This document shows, piece after piece, positions 26,273 to 35,685 of a stretch of 35,685 nucleotides of DNA. The stretch's first letter is position 1. Each line of letters starts with the position of its first letter. The translations under genes were made by a program, and so were the position numbers. The stretch is from Perkinsus chesapeaki ATCC PRA-425 (taxonomy: Eukaryota; Protista; Perkinsozoa), in NCBI GenBank assembly GCA_013115145.1, contig JAAPAO010000367.1, forward strand, positions 1 through 35,685, in the 5' to 3' direction. The notes under the pieces are model-generated. The model made no database searches, had not been told where the DNA came from, and saw nothing but the letters and a program-made list of their open reading frames with translations.

Positions 26273-29200
26273 ATGTCCAATAATGCATTAGATTTAGATC
26301 TTAATATATTTACTGGTACTAAGCAAAAACAACAGTCTATGTTATCATCGTATAACAAAGGCAAAGGGAAAGGGAAGGGACATCATGAAGAAGGGGGAGG
26401 AAAAGGGAAGGGGCATCATGAAGAAGTGGGAGGAAAAGGGAAGGGGCATCATGAAGAAGTGGGAGGAAAAGGGAAAGGGCATCATGAAGAAGGGGGAGGA
26501 AAAGGGAGGAAAGAACATAAAGGAAAAGGAGGAAAGGGTAAAGGGATGCATAAAGGTGGTAATTATTCATACATTAAATCATCATCAAGTACAACATCAC
26601 ATGATAAAAAGAGAGCTAATGAGAGTGGTGGTCATGCTGGATTAGATATGGATCATCGTGTTGATGATGATGATGATCGTGTTGATGATAGTAGTTATAA
26701 TATTAAAAGCTACTCATCGAAGCCACATAGAATAGTAATACATAGTGGTGCTGGTAATAATAAATATGCTAAATCAAGTGGTATATTTAGTGATAAACAT
26801 TTTAAACAAATACATACATTAGATGAATCATTACAATTACAGTTAAAGCATTTAGGATATGATATATGTACTAGAGTGCAATATAATACAATACCAATAG
26901 CAATAAAGGGTAATGATTGTTTAATAAGATCAACTACTGGATCTGGTAAAACATTATCATTTGCTATACCAATAATAGATAGAATTATTAAAATAAAGCC
27001 ACCACCAAGAAGGAGTGATGGTATATTAAGTAATATATATTATTAATAGTAGTATTATTAGGTATTATTAGGTATTATATTATCACCCACTAAAGAGTTA
27101 GCATTACAAACATTAAATGTTATGGAAAGGTTAACACAAATGATGCCGAATATTGTATGTAGTTCGTTGACTGGTGGGGAGAATCCTAAAAGTGAAAAAT
27201 CAAGAATAAGAAAGGGTATTAATATATTATGTGCAACACCAGGACGATTAAAGTAATAATAATAATACTAGTAGTTTATATTATCATTATTATATTATTA
27301 TTAGTTATCATCTTAATAATACATTATCATTAAAAGTTGATAAATGTATGTCATTAATATTAGATGAAGCAGATAGACTATTGGATATGGGATTTGAAGT
27401 ACAAGTTAAGAATATATATAATATATTACATGATAATAAAACTAAACAAGTAATATAATAATGATGATGATGCTGCTTATCATCATAATGATGATAATTG
27501 GTAGGATTATGGTGACTCTAGTGGTTGTTATTGTTGTAATATACAATGTATATTAGTGTCAGCTACATTATCTAATAAAGTTAAAGATTTAGCACAATGG
27601 GCATTAAATGATGATAATGCTACGTAATAATATATAATAATAATAATAATATTTATATTTTAATCATCAGTTGGATTGATTGTGATATATCACCTCCTAA
27701 AAAATTAAAACAAACAGCAATTATATATAATGAAGAAAAAGAAAAATTACCATTACTAATAGGTTTAATATTGAAGGTAATATTAGTTATTAATATATGA
27801 TACGTTATACGTTATAAATAATAATTATCAATAGTAATAGGCGTATAATAAATATAATAATACTGATGATAAGTGTGCTTCAAAGTGCAACAGTGGTGGT
27901 GATGGTGAAGAGGATGATGATGATGTAGTAGTGGATGATAATAATAACAAGACTACTACTACTACAAATCGTATAATGATATTCACATCAAATTGTGCAA
28001 CAGTCGATTTCTTACATAATATATTAAATACAGTAGAATGGCCTCGTGGGTACAATAAAGGTGATGGTATAATAAATAAGAGGAATAAAGGAGAAATGTT
28101 GAAAAGTAATATATAATGATTATGATGTATGAACTATTAATAATAATAACAACACTAGGTAGAAGACAATTAAAAAGAGAAATGAATGCAACAGCAGAAA
28201 CAACAGGAATACCGAGAAGAAGTAGGATTGAAGAGGGAGAGAGAGGTGATGATGGTATAAGTGATGAACATATGAAGAGCATAGCTAGAGGATTAGCATC
28301 ATCATCATCATTCACAGCAAAAGGAGCAGCAGAAGCAGGTGATGGTAATATAATAATATAACAATATAATAATAATAAGTATCAGTATCATCATCATCAA
28401 CAACATCAAGAAGAAAGAGGGAATACAATATTGAAGATAATAATAATAATAATATGATATTAGGCAACATTAATGGTATATATAAACTACATGGTGATTT
28501 ACCGCCAGAAGATCGTAATGGTGCTATGGCCGACTTTACACAACAAAGAGATGATGATGAGGAGGAGGGGGAGACAGGATTATCAGGAATAAGAAATAAT
28601 ACCAAGGTTATATTGTATATTCTTGTTAATCTTGTTGTTGTTCTTAATAATCTATCTTCTTGTTGTTGTTGTTTATTAGATATTAATATGTACCGATGTC
28701 GCAGCCCGTGGTTTAGATATTAATAATGTTGATTTGGTTATACAGTATGATCCACCAACAACATCTATTGAAGAATATATTCATAGAGTTGGAAGAACTG
28801 CTCGTATTGGTAAATCAGGTGACGCAGTATTAATGTTGAGAGAGCATGAAAAAGGGTAATAAGAGGAGCAGGAGGAGGAAGAGGGTATTATTGTTATTAT
28901 TAGATATATTAATAAAATACAAGATTATATGTCATCATCATCAACATCTGAGAATAATAAGGATAATATATCATTCAAAGTCATTGAAAATACATCATTA
29001 ATAATAAAAGAAATATCACAAGCAGCACCAATAACATCATCATTATATATCAATAATAATAAAGATGATAATAACAACAATAACGTATCATCAACAACAT
29101 CAACAACACATTATCAAGATAAACAAAAACATAAAGCAGTTATTAGAGATTTAACTGGGTAATAGTAGTATTAATAACAAAGTATTATTATTATCCGATA

Positions 29201-29702
29201 TATCAGATATATATCATCCATTATAAGTAAATGTATTGAGAATGATGAAGAATTATATAATTCAGCACGGAAAGCCTATTTCAGTTCACTTAGAGCCTAT
29301 CGTACTTATCCTCAACAACTGCGAGATATATTTGATTTTAGCAATATTAACTTTAAATTATTTTCCGCAGGATTCGGTTTAAAACAGGTAATACTATTCT
29401 ATTAAAGATGTTGTTGATTATTATTATTAGTTACCTAAGAGTTCTTATGATGTGTCTCAAGCTGATAATAATAATATGACAATATCATCAACAACAACAA
29501 CTTATGAACATATTGGATATAAAAGAAAAAGGGGGTAGTATAAATAATAATAATAATAATAATTATATTATTAATATTATTTAGTATGAATAATGAAGAA
29601 TCGGGAACATTAAATGATAAGAAGAAACATCACCACCACCTCCTCCACCACCCACGTATTAAAAATGCCCAACAAGTCACATTAGATGAATTCGCTGCTT
29701 AA
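26273..29702 (+). CDS. DBP7: DEAD-box RNA helicase DBP7/DDX31 (60S biogenesis), multi-exon
   Basis: [89 protein letters not shown] and a C-terminal extension [16 protein letters not shown]. Confidence 0.9.
26369..26500 (+). repeat. 33-bp coding tandem repeat, 4 copies, encoding KGKGHHEE(G/V)GG
   Basis: The unit aaagggaagggRcatcatgaagaagKgggagga recurs at 26369, 26402, 26435 and 26468. Confidence 0.95.
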
Positions 29703-29929
29703 TAATAATAATATGCTTTATTATTATTAATAACAACCAACAACAACAACGTCATCATCAACATACTACTAGTAATACTTATTAACATTCTTCTTCTCCT
29801 TGTTGTTCTTGTTATTGCTGCTGCTGCTGTCCATTATTGTTGTATAACTACTATTACGTTTCCTACTATCTTTAATAACAACTATTGTGTTGTTGGTTGT
29901 TATTAATCTATATACTGTATACAATTACT

Positions 29930-30780
29930 ATGACTGGTGATATATCAACATCATCATTACCATTATTAACAACATCAACTCATAACATCAACAACATCAT
30001 TAATCAACATCAACATGATATACATGATAATAGTAATAACACATCAATATATAAAATGATTGAATATTATGCTAAAGTAATAATAAACATCATTGTCGTA
30101 TATTAATAATAGTATTATAATAAGGATTGTTATCATTGTAAAAATCTACAACCAATATGGAAAACAGCTGTTGCAGAATGGAATAAGCAACAACAACAAC
30201 AAGCAGCAGCAGCAGGGGTAAGTGGTAGTAAAGGTGGTGTTGATGGAATTATGGTTAAATGGATTCAAAAAGAATGTTACGGTGATAATTGGAATACAGG
30301 TAGTAGGCATGATGATGATGATGTATTTATTGGTGATTATATGGATTATATCATTATTATATTGTAATAGGTAAGGATTATAGTTTTTGTAAAGCAACAC
30401 ATGTTAATGCATTCCCTGACATACGATTATATCATATATTAAATAATGGTAAAATAGATGATGTTTGGAAGTAGTAATAATAATGATAGATATCATCTAC
30501 GTAATGGATAAGCTATAAGATAACTAATATTAGATATAATGGTGAGAGAAGTGTATCTGGATTAATAGGATTTATTAAACAACATACTATTAAAACATTA
30601 AATCACAATCACATTAAACAGCAGCAAGGAATGGTAATAATGGTGGTTATTATAATAATTGTTGTTATTCTTGTTTAGGATAATAATATTATGAATAATA
30701 TAACCTATGATAAACAACATGATAATAATAATGACCATGTTATTAGATATTTCATTTACTTATCATTAATGTTGTTTTAA
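29930..30780 (+). CDS. Thioredoxin/PDI-like domain protein (CYHC) with hydrophobic C-terminus, multi-exon; start tentative
   Basis: IEYYAK|DCYHCKNLQPIW, VNAFPDIRLY, YNGERSVSGLIGFI, ending VIRYFIYLSLMLF-TAA. Confidence 0.65.
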
Positions 30781-30852
30781 CACAGTACATTATTATTAAT
30801 AGGGTGGAAAGTGGTTTGTTATTATTATTGATGTAATTGTTGGAATATATAA

Positions 30853-31759
30853 TCAGTTATTGCTATTATTATCCGATATAACCCTAATACCATCCTAAAT
30901 AATAATTATTAATAATATAACAAAGTTAATTGATCATCATTGAAACTATTACCTTATCAACAACTTTAATAGTAAAGTTGCTCTTATCAATAATAAACCT
31001 ATTCTTACATTCCTAATTATTAATAATAATATTAATATTTGTATAACTACTACTACTACCTTAATACACATATTAATAGCATTCAACCCTTCATTCATTG
31101 TCATATCCTATAATAATATTGTATTATGATTATGATTATGTTGCAGGTTGTTGTTGTTATGTATTACTTTTTTATATAATTTATCCAATAAACCCAATAC
31201 GAAATATGATGCATATCCATGCGCTCCACGTGTTATTTTTTGACATGATGCAAGATAATCCATATAATATAAAGATGCACCTAATAACAATAACAATGAC
31301 ATTACTACTACTACTAATAGTTATATAATTATTATTATTACATCCATCTTTATCAACACCACCAATTAACATATTAACTTGATATGGTCCTTTTCTTAAA
31401 GCATCAGCCAATTCATTCCTTTAATAATAATTATATATCATTAATATTAATATTACCTTGTAAAATTAGCCATTGCATGTGTTGTTAATTGTACACCATT
31501 AACTAGAGTATACAATTCAACATTACGAGATATATACTCCAAAAATTGACAACTATCAGCCTGTGGTCCAGCAGCTGCCAATCACAAATTATTATTATGT
31601 AATATAATAATTATTATTACCTGCTACTAGTTTATTACCATCCATCTCATATATTTTATCTTGAGTTGTTTTAAATTTAACAATTGATTGTTCAACATGA
31701 GAATCAGCAGCAAGAATAACCCAATCCTTACCAGCAATACCAAAAGCACAATCAGTCAT
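30853..31759 (-). CDS. PSMB2: Proteasome subunit beta type-2 (beta4 / Pre1), multi-exon
   Basis: MTDCAFGIAGKDWVILAADS..AAAGPQADSCQFLEYISRNVELY..ANFT|RNELADALRKGPYQVNMLIGG..LYYMDYLAS..AHGYASYFVLGLLDK..ECKNRFII..IKVVDK|DG. Confidence 0.93.
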
Positions 31760-31820
31760 TATTAATAGTCACAACAACAACTAATAATAATAATTATGCA
31801 AAATTAATACTGACAAATAT

Positions 31821-32114
31821 ATAACACTACTTTAATATTATTATAACACTACTTTAATATTATTATAAAACTACTATAATATTATTATAACACTACTATA
31901 ATATTATTATAACACTACTATAATATTATTATAACACTACTATNNNNNNNNNNNNNNNNNNNNNNNNNNNNNNNNNNNNNNNNNNNNNNNNNNNNNNNNN
32001 NNNNNNNNNNNNNNNNNNNNNNNNNNNNNNNNNNNNNNNNNNAATATTATTATAACACTACTATAATATTATTATAACACTACTATAATATTATTATAAC
32101 ACTACTATAATATT
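31821..32114. repeat. 22-bp minisatellite (ataacactactataatattatt)n spanning an assembly gap
   Basis: Head-to-tail copies lie on both sides of the N run, with minor t/a variants in the first copies and no spacers. Confidence 0.95.
31944..32042. other. Assembly gap (run of N)
   Basis: A run of about 100 n characters. Confidence 1.
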
Positions 32115-32152
32115 AGTATAATATTGTTCTTATTTAATATCGTACTCTATTA

Positions 32153-32873
32153 TTATGCCCATTCTGTATCACATGTAGCATTATCAACTAACTTGAATAA
32201 TTGAGGATTCTCTAAAGCGGCATAACATCTTTCTTTATCATTTAATTGTTTATTAATCTGAATATTAATACATATAATATAATAAATAATATCATTATTA
32301 CCGCATTATAATCTTCATGCGTTCCATCCTTAATTTTAATCACTATTTTCCATGTATTTCCAAAATCCTTTATTACTTTACTTTTTATACCTTATTAAAA
32401 TGAATAAATATAATACAATCATAAATGCATATAATAATCATATATCATTACATAGACCTATTAATGTTGCTAAGGTACAGTGTTGTATTGTTGGCTTAAA
32501 TTCAATAATAATTATATTATTATTAATAACATTTATACCTAATAACCTCGATATACATAATAATATACATATCTATTTACTACCATTTGGATAACAAATC
32601 CTTAATTGTGATAAAGTCCATAATGGATATTCTGGATCTTTAATATTTTTAATTGATCCCCATATATCCATTTCTATTGGTGTCATATTATTTGGTAAAG
32701 GAAGATCATCAAGGTATCTATAGTAATAAAAATAACAACATAAGCTGTTACAATTCCTAATACACTTTTGGATGATTATAACTATTATTATCTTTGATAA
32801 CCCAATTCAATCCTTCATCCTTCATCCTTATAATTCCATTATACAAATTATCAACTCCTGAATCAGTAGCCAT
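32153..32873 (-). CDS. CIA2: MIP18/CIA2 (FAM96) cytosolic Fe-S assembly protein, multi-exon; start tentative
   Basis: IWGSIKNIKDPEYPLWTLSQLRI, IEFKPTIQHCTLATLIGL and KIKDGTHEDYNA|INKQLNDKERVMAALENPQL. Confidence 0.88.
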
Positions 32874-32914
32874 TCAATCATACCGCATAAGTACAATGAC
32901 AATTACAACGGGAT

Positions 32915-33195
32915 ATTCACGGCCGCCGCCCTCGCCGACGGCGGCGCTGTCAGGACGACCCAACGTATGAGATCACAAAAAGCATGGTTTCGTGTAGGAG
33001 AATAGAAGTTACTTTGAAGTGTGTCATAGACTATCACAACTCTCGTCGAAGTTGGCCTAGTCTTTCAGACAACCCATAGACTTCAGCTATTTTCACAGGT
33101 CCTACTACCAACTCCTGCCGAGCGTCAGGCAGCAATCATCAAATTTATTGCAAAGTGCATGTAAACCAGTTGCTGTATCTGCGCGCCATCGCGGC
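32915..33195. other. GC-rich segment flanking the LTR element (possible older transposon fragment acting as insertion site)
   Basis: Abrupt GC rise at ggccgccgccctcgccgacggcggcg. No diagnostic motif. Confidence 0.3.
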
Positions 33196-33410
33196 TGTGG
33201 CAATCGCTCCATTCAAGCGCCTGCTAGTAGTGGGTCTCGCTCGCCATAAGATACTCATTTGTGTCGCTCGCCTGTAACGGTGATGCAGTTTCTTAGCGTG
33301 AGCAGATAAGTGACTAATTGCTCTTGAACGAGTTAACGTTTGCACTAATCCACGTGCTTTGTGTTTCCTATGACTACCTCCGAATCTACGTCTGATCCCC
33401 GCTATCAACA
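33196..33410 (+). repeat. 5' LTR (215 bp, TGTGG...CAACA)
   Basis: The start is defined by the match to the copy at 35575. The end is inferred from CA immediately before the PBS. Confidence 0.85.
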
Positions 33411-34635
33411 TGGCTCCACGGCCGAGAACGGCACTCAGTGGGATTGGGTGTCTGCTCTGGAGAAACAAGTCATGGAAGGTGCAGTCTTGACCCCGGTTAG
33501 GCCGAGTCCGACTGTATTGGCTAATCTGACACCGCTAGCCACGGTAGAGGCCATTCTTGGTATTGGTGGTTATAATCGCTGGCTGGACGCTATGTCGGTG
33601 TTCCGAACCTCTAATGGTAAGGAACTCGGCACTGACGTGAACGGTTACCTTATAGACCATGCCATCAGCGTCATGCGGGACTCGGAGGCTGATACCCGTC
33701 TCGCATGTGTTCGTACCCAACTCTCCGACTTTGCTTTCAAGGAAGGTCTAACCCACTCTATGCGCTCCACTGGGTTAGGTTTGGTTGGGCACCTGATTCT
33801 TCTGTCCACGGTATTATCTCCTGCCCTGGCTCAGAACGTCGAGGATATTCTTGTGGACATGGCAGCTGCTGATGACTCTGCCTATCTCTGGACTGAGAAA
33901 TATGAGGATCCCCAGTCTGACAAGGACAACTGTTTGAAATGGTTGGAGTTTGTGAGGAAGGTTAACGATGAGGTCATGTCTGAATGGTCTAGGGTTGTCC
34001 ACGAGGAAATTACGGTTAGTGAGGCTCTAGCTCACTATAGCTCTTTACGTTGGACCAAACAATCCACTTTGGACCAACTAATATTAAAGGAGAGAGATGC
34101 TTTTCATTACCTGTCCCGGGCTGGGGACGGGGGAGTGACTCTCGGTGACGATGCCCGCTTGGACGTGCTCAACCGGTGCCTTCGAGAATCTCACAAGTGG
34201 GGGTATGTACTTACTCCTGAACTCAACCAGAAGCTTTGGTCTGCCAAGTCCGTTGCCGACTGGATCCTGATAGCTAAGAAGATCCGGTCTGACTCCCGAC
34301 GTTCGGGCTTATCACCCGATCGAGAGTACCAGCCGGTCAAGTCTGAAGGGTCGTCTTACGCCTCCTGCAAGGTCGAACACTTTCGCCGCCTCACTGGTCG
34401 TAAGAAGACCGAGGATGAGAATAAGGTCCAAGTGGCTGTCAAGAAGAGACTCTACAAGGCTCGGGGTGACAAGAAGAACAAACAGCATGTTCGCAATAGC
34501 CGTCCTACACGCGGCCCTAGAGGTGGCACTTCTGGGTGCGAGGATGAAGCTGAGGTCACCATTACGTGCTACCACTGTCATGCTCCTGGTCATCGGCGTC
34601 CTGAATGTTCATTATCGGGACCTCGACAAGTCTAA
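33370..34635 (+). CDS. gag: Retrotransposon Gag-like protein with C-terminal CCHC zinc knuckle (alternative start ATG 33472)
   Basis: Uninterrupted ORF with CYHCHAPGHRRPEC (CX2CX4HX4C) after a basic region, located between PBS and PPT. Confidence 0.85.
   Translation: MTTSESTSDPRYQHGSTAENGTQWDWVSALEKQVMEGAVLTPVRPSPTVLANLTPLATVEAILGIGGYNRWLDAMSVFRTSNGKELGTDVNGYLIDHAISVMRDSEADTRLACVRTQLSDFAFKEGLTHSMRSTGLGLVGHLILLSTVLSPALAQNVEDILVDMAAADDSAYLWTEKYEDPQSDKDNCLKWLEFVRKVNDEVMSEWSRVVHEEITVSEALAHYSSLRWTKQSTLDQLILKERDAFHYLSRAGDGGVTLGDDARLDVLNRCLRESHKWGYVLTPELNQKLWSAKSVADWILIAKKIRSDSRRSGLSPDREYQPVKSEGSSYASCKVEHFRRLTGRKKTEDENKVQVAVKKRLYKARGDKKNKQHVRNSRPTRGPRGGTSGCEDEAEVTITCYHCHAPGHRRPECSLSGPRQV
33411..33428 (+). 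promoter_or_regulatory. Primer-binding site TGGCTCCACGGCCGAGAA
   Basis: The reverse complement TT-CTCGG-CCGTGGA-G-CCA has tRNA 3'-end layout (T stem, acceptor, G discriminator, CCA). It implies a tRNA starting TCC, as in eukaryotic tRNA-Glu/Asp. Confidence 0.8.
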
Positions 34636-34896
34636 CGCTCGGCGTCTTGCTAAAGACGGGGGGAAGGTTTCCCCACGAGCGACCAGTCCTGGTTTGGGGG
34701 AGCGGAACCGCTCCGCCCGAGTGCTTCGAGCTAGGCGCGCTGCTGCTGCCAAAGCTCCAGACAATTACAAGTCGGTTTCTGGCCTTCGTGTTCACGCCAC
34801 TCAGACTGCTACTCGTGATGTTGTGGATTCTACGGTCCCTGCTTCGGACCCGGATGCTTCTGAGAATGAGGGTGATAACGACCAGGCCACTGACGA

Positions 34897-35442
34897 GTGC
34901 ACATCTGTTTCGACAGCGACTCAGATTCAGGGTCGACGGTGCATCAAGTGCTGCGGACTTTAGGGGTAACCCATGCCAGGTCGCAGCAGATCAGCACCGA
35001 GAGCTGTGGTATGAACCAAGTGAGCAGCGATACCTCTAAACTTGACACCCTCAACGGATCCATTGTCACTCTGGACAATGGGATCAAATGTGCGGTCGAC
35101 CAGTTGGTGAAGTACCGAGATTATGATTCAGTACTGCCAGTCGCCGTGACTTCTGCAGCAGGGCAAGATGTTCTGGAACTAGAAAGGGTGGACCCTGAGT
35201 CGATCCGTCTCAATGACTATGTGGTGTATCGAAGTCCTGGTAATGATTGGTTATTTGAGGTGGCTAGAGTGAACTCCGTTGACTACGAGGCCGGTGCTGC
35301 TGATGTGGAACTTTATCTCGGAATCGAGTCGAGAAGTGGGTACCCTGTGGCCGCCGTTGTCAGGTTCCGTTCCCTCTTATCCTATGCAAGGTTGCCCTCA
35401 ACAACAAGGACCGCATTACCCGACGATCTCGGCAAGATCTGA
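34897..35442 (+). CDS. Second ORF of the LTR element; possible integrase C-terminal remnant or accessory ORF (first ATG ~34992)
   Basis: Open frame with NGSIVTLDNGIKCAVDQLVKY and IRLNDYVVYRS..FEVARVNSVD (beta-rich, SH3/Tudor-like pattern). No DDE, RT or RNase H motifs. Confidence 0.45.
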   Translation: MHICFDSDSDSGSTVHQVLRTLGVTHARSQQISTESCGMNQVSSDTSKLDTLNGSIVTLDNGIKCAVDQLVKYRDYDSVLPVAVTSAAGQDVLELERVDPESIRLNDYVVYRSPGNDWLFEVARVNSVDYEAGAADVELYLGIESRSGYPVAAVVRFRSLLSYARLPSTTRTALPDDLGKI

Positions 35443-35565
35443 ATGATCTAGGTATTACTATATGATTTGATGCAGTGATTCTGATTATTAATGAAGAAGA
35501 TGATGATGATGTGTATATGACATTCAGTATATTTACCTCGTCTGTTCATGCTCGCGAGACCCCCT

Positions 35566-35574
35566 AGGGGGAGA
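35566..35574 (+). promoter_or_regulatory. Polypurine tract AGGGGGAGA
   Basis: Purine run abutting the TG start of the 3' LTR. Confidence 0.8.
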
Positions 35575-35685
35575 TGTGGCAATCGCTCCATTCAAGCGCC
35601 TGCTAGTAGTGAGTCTCGCTCGCCATAAGATACTCATTTGTGTCGCTCGCCTGTAACGGTGATGCAGTTTCTTAGCGTGAGCAGA
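35575..35685 (+). repeat. 3' LTR (partial)
   Basis: Matches 33196..33306 with a single g/a mismatch. Confidence 0.93.

Larger units (their letters stand above)
33196..35685 (+). mobile_element. LTR retrotransposon, probably non-autonomous (gag only, pol core absent); 3' LTR cut by the window end
   Basis: Direct repeat at 33196 and 35575 (110/111 nt identical over the visible part), TG...CA termini, PBS, PPT and a zinc-knuckle gag. Confidence 0.92.

Noticed and set aside
27450-27505. In-frame TAA/TAG inside DBP7 suggesting stop-codon reassignment or read-through
   Set aside because: A normal GT-AG intron (caa|gtaat...ggtag|gat) removes them. TAA, TAG and TGA are all used as real stops in this window.
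31821-32114. CRISPR-like array
   Set aside because: Units are contiguous with no unique spacers, there are no cas genes, and the context is eukaryotic.
972-32594. Many antisense or alternative-frame ORFs rich in I/L/Y/H (e.g. 972..1277, 8329..8736, 22975..23190, 26337..26570)
   Set aside because: They are shadows of AAT/GAT/TCA trinucleotide tracts overlapping identified genes on the other strand or frame.
505-32915. Non-canonical (introner-type) splice sites
   Set aside because: Every junction checked against conserved motifs resolved with GT-AG, and no repeated intron sequence family was seen.
33411-33428. The tRNA-Val at 9004 as primer for the LTR element
   Set aside because: Only the CCGAGAA T-arm part matches. 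The acceptor-stem complement (TACTGGAA) differs from CTCCACGG.

Overview
Eukaryotic nuclear DNA, most likely from a flagellated alveolate of the Perkinsus/dinoflagellate type (inferred from gene families, not proven). About 505-32915 is a very AT-rich, gene-dense block. Lines counted by hand gave about 13% GC inside it and about 47-62% in the flanks. It holds about 16 multi-exon protein genes split by short GT-AG introns, so the ORF track shows only fragments. In order: FHA-RINGv-FHA E3 ligase, ZNHIT2, IFT88, GRASP, EF-hand Na/Ca exchanger (NCL type), FAM210/DUF1279, an uncharacterised protein, enoyl-CoA isomerase, exostosin GT47, a small hypothetical, CDC6, RNF10/Mag2, a SHIPPO-like protein, DBP7/DDX31, a thioredoxin-like protein, proteasome beta-4 (PSMB2) and MIP18/CIA2. 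There is also an atypical tRNA-Val(AAC), a degenerate tRNA-like gene and a 22-bp minisatellite across an N-gap. Both ends are abruptly GC-rich. The right end carries a young ~2.6-kb LTR retroelement with intact gag, PBS and PPT but no recognisable pol core. The best leads are the AT-rich housekeeping compartment itself, the gag-only LTR element, a long structured intron in the first gene and the two aberrant tRNA loci. Exon boundaries were read by eye, and 5' ends are the least certain coordinates.
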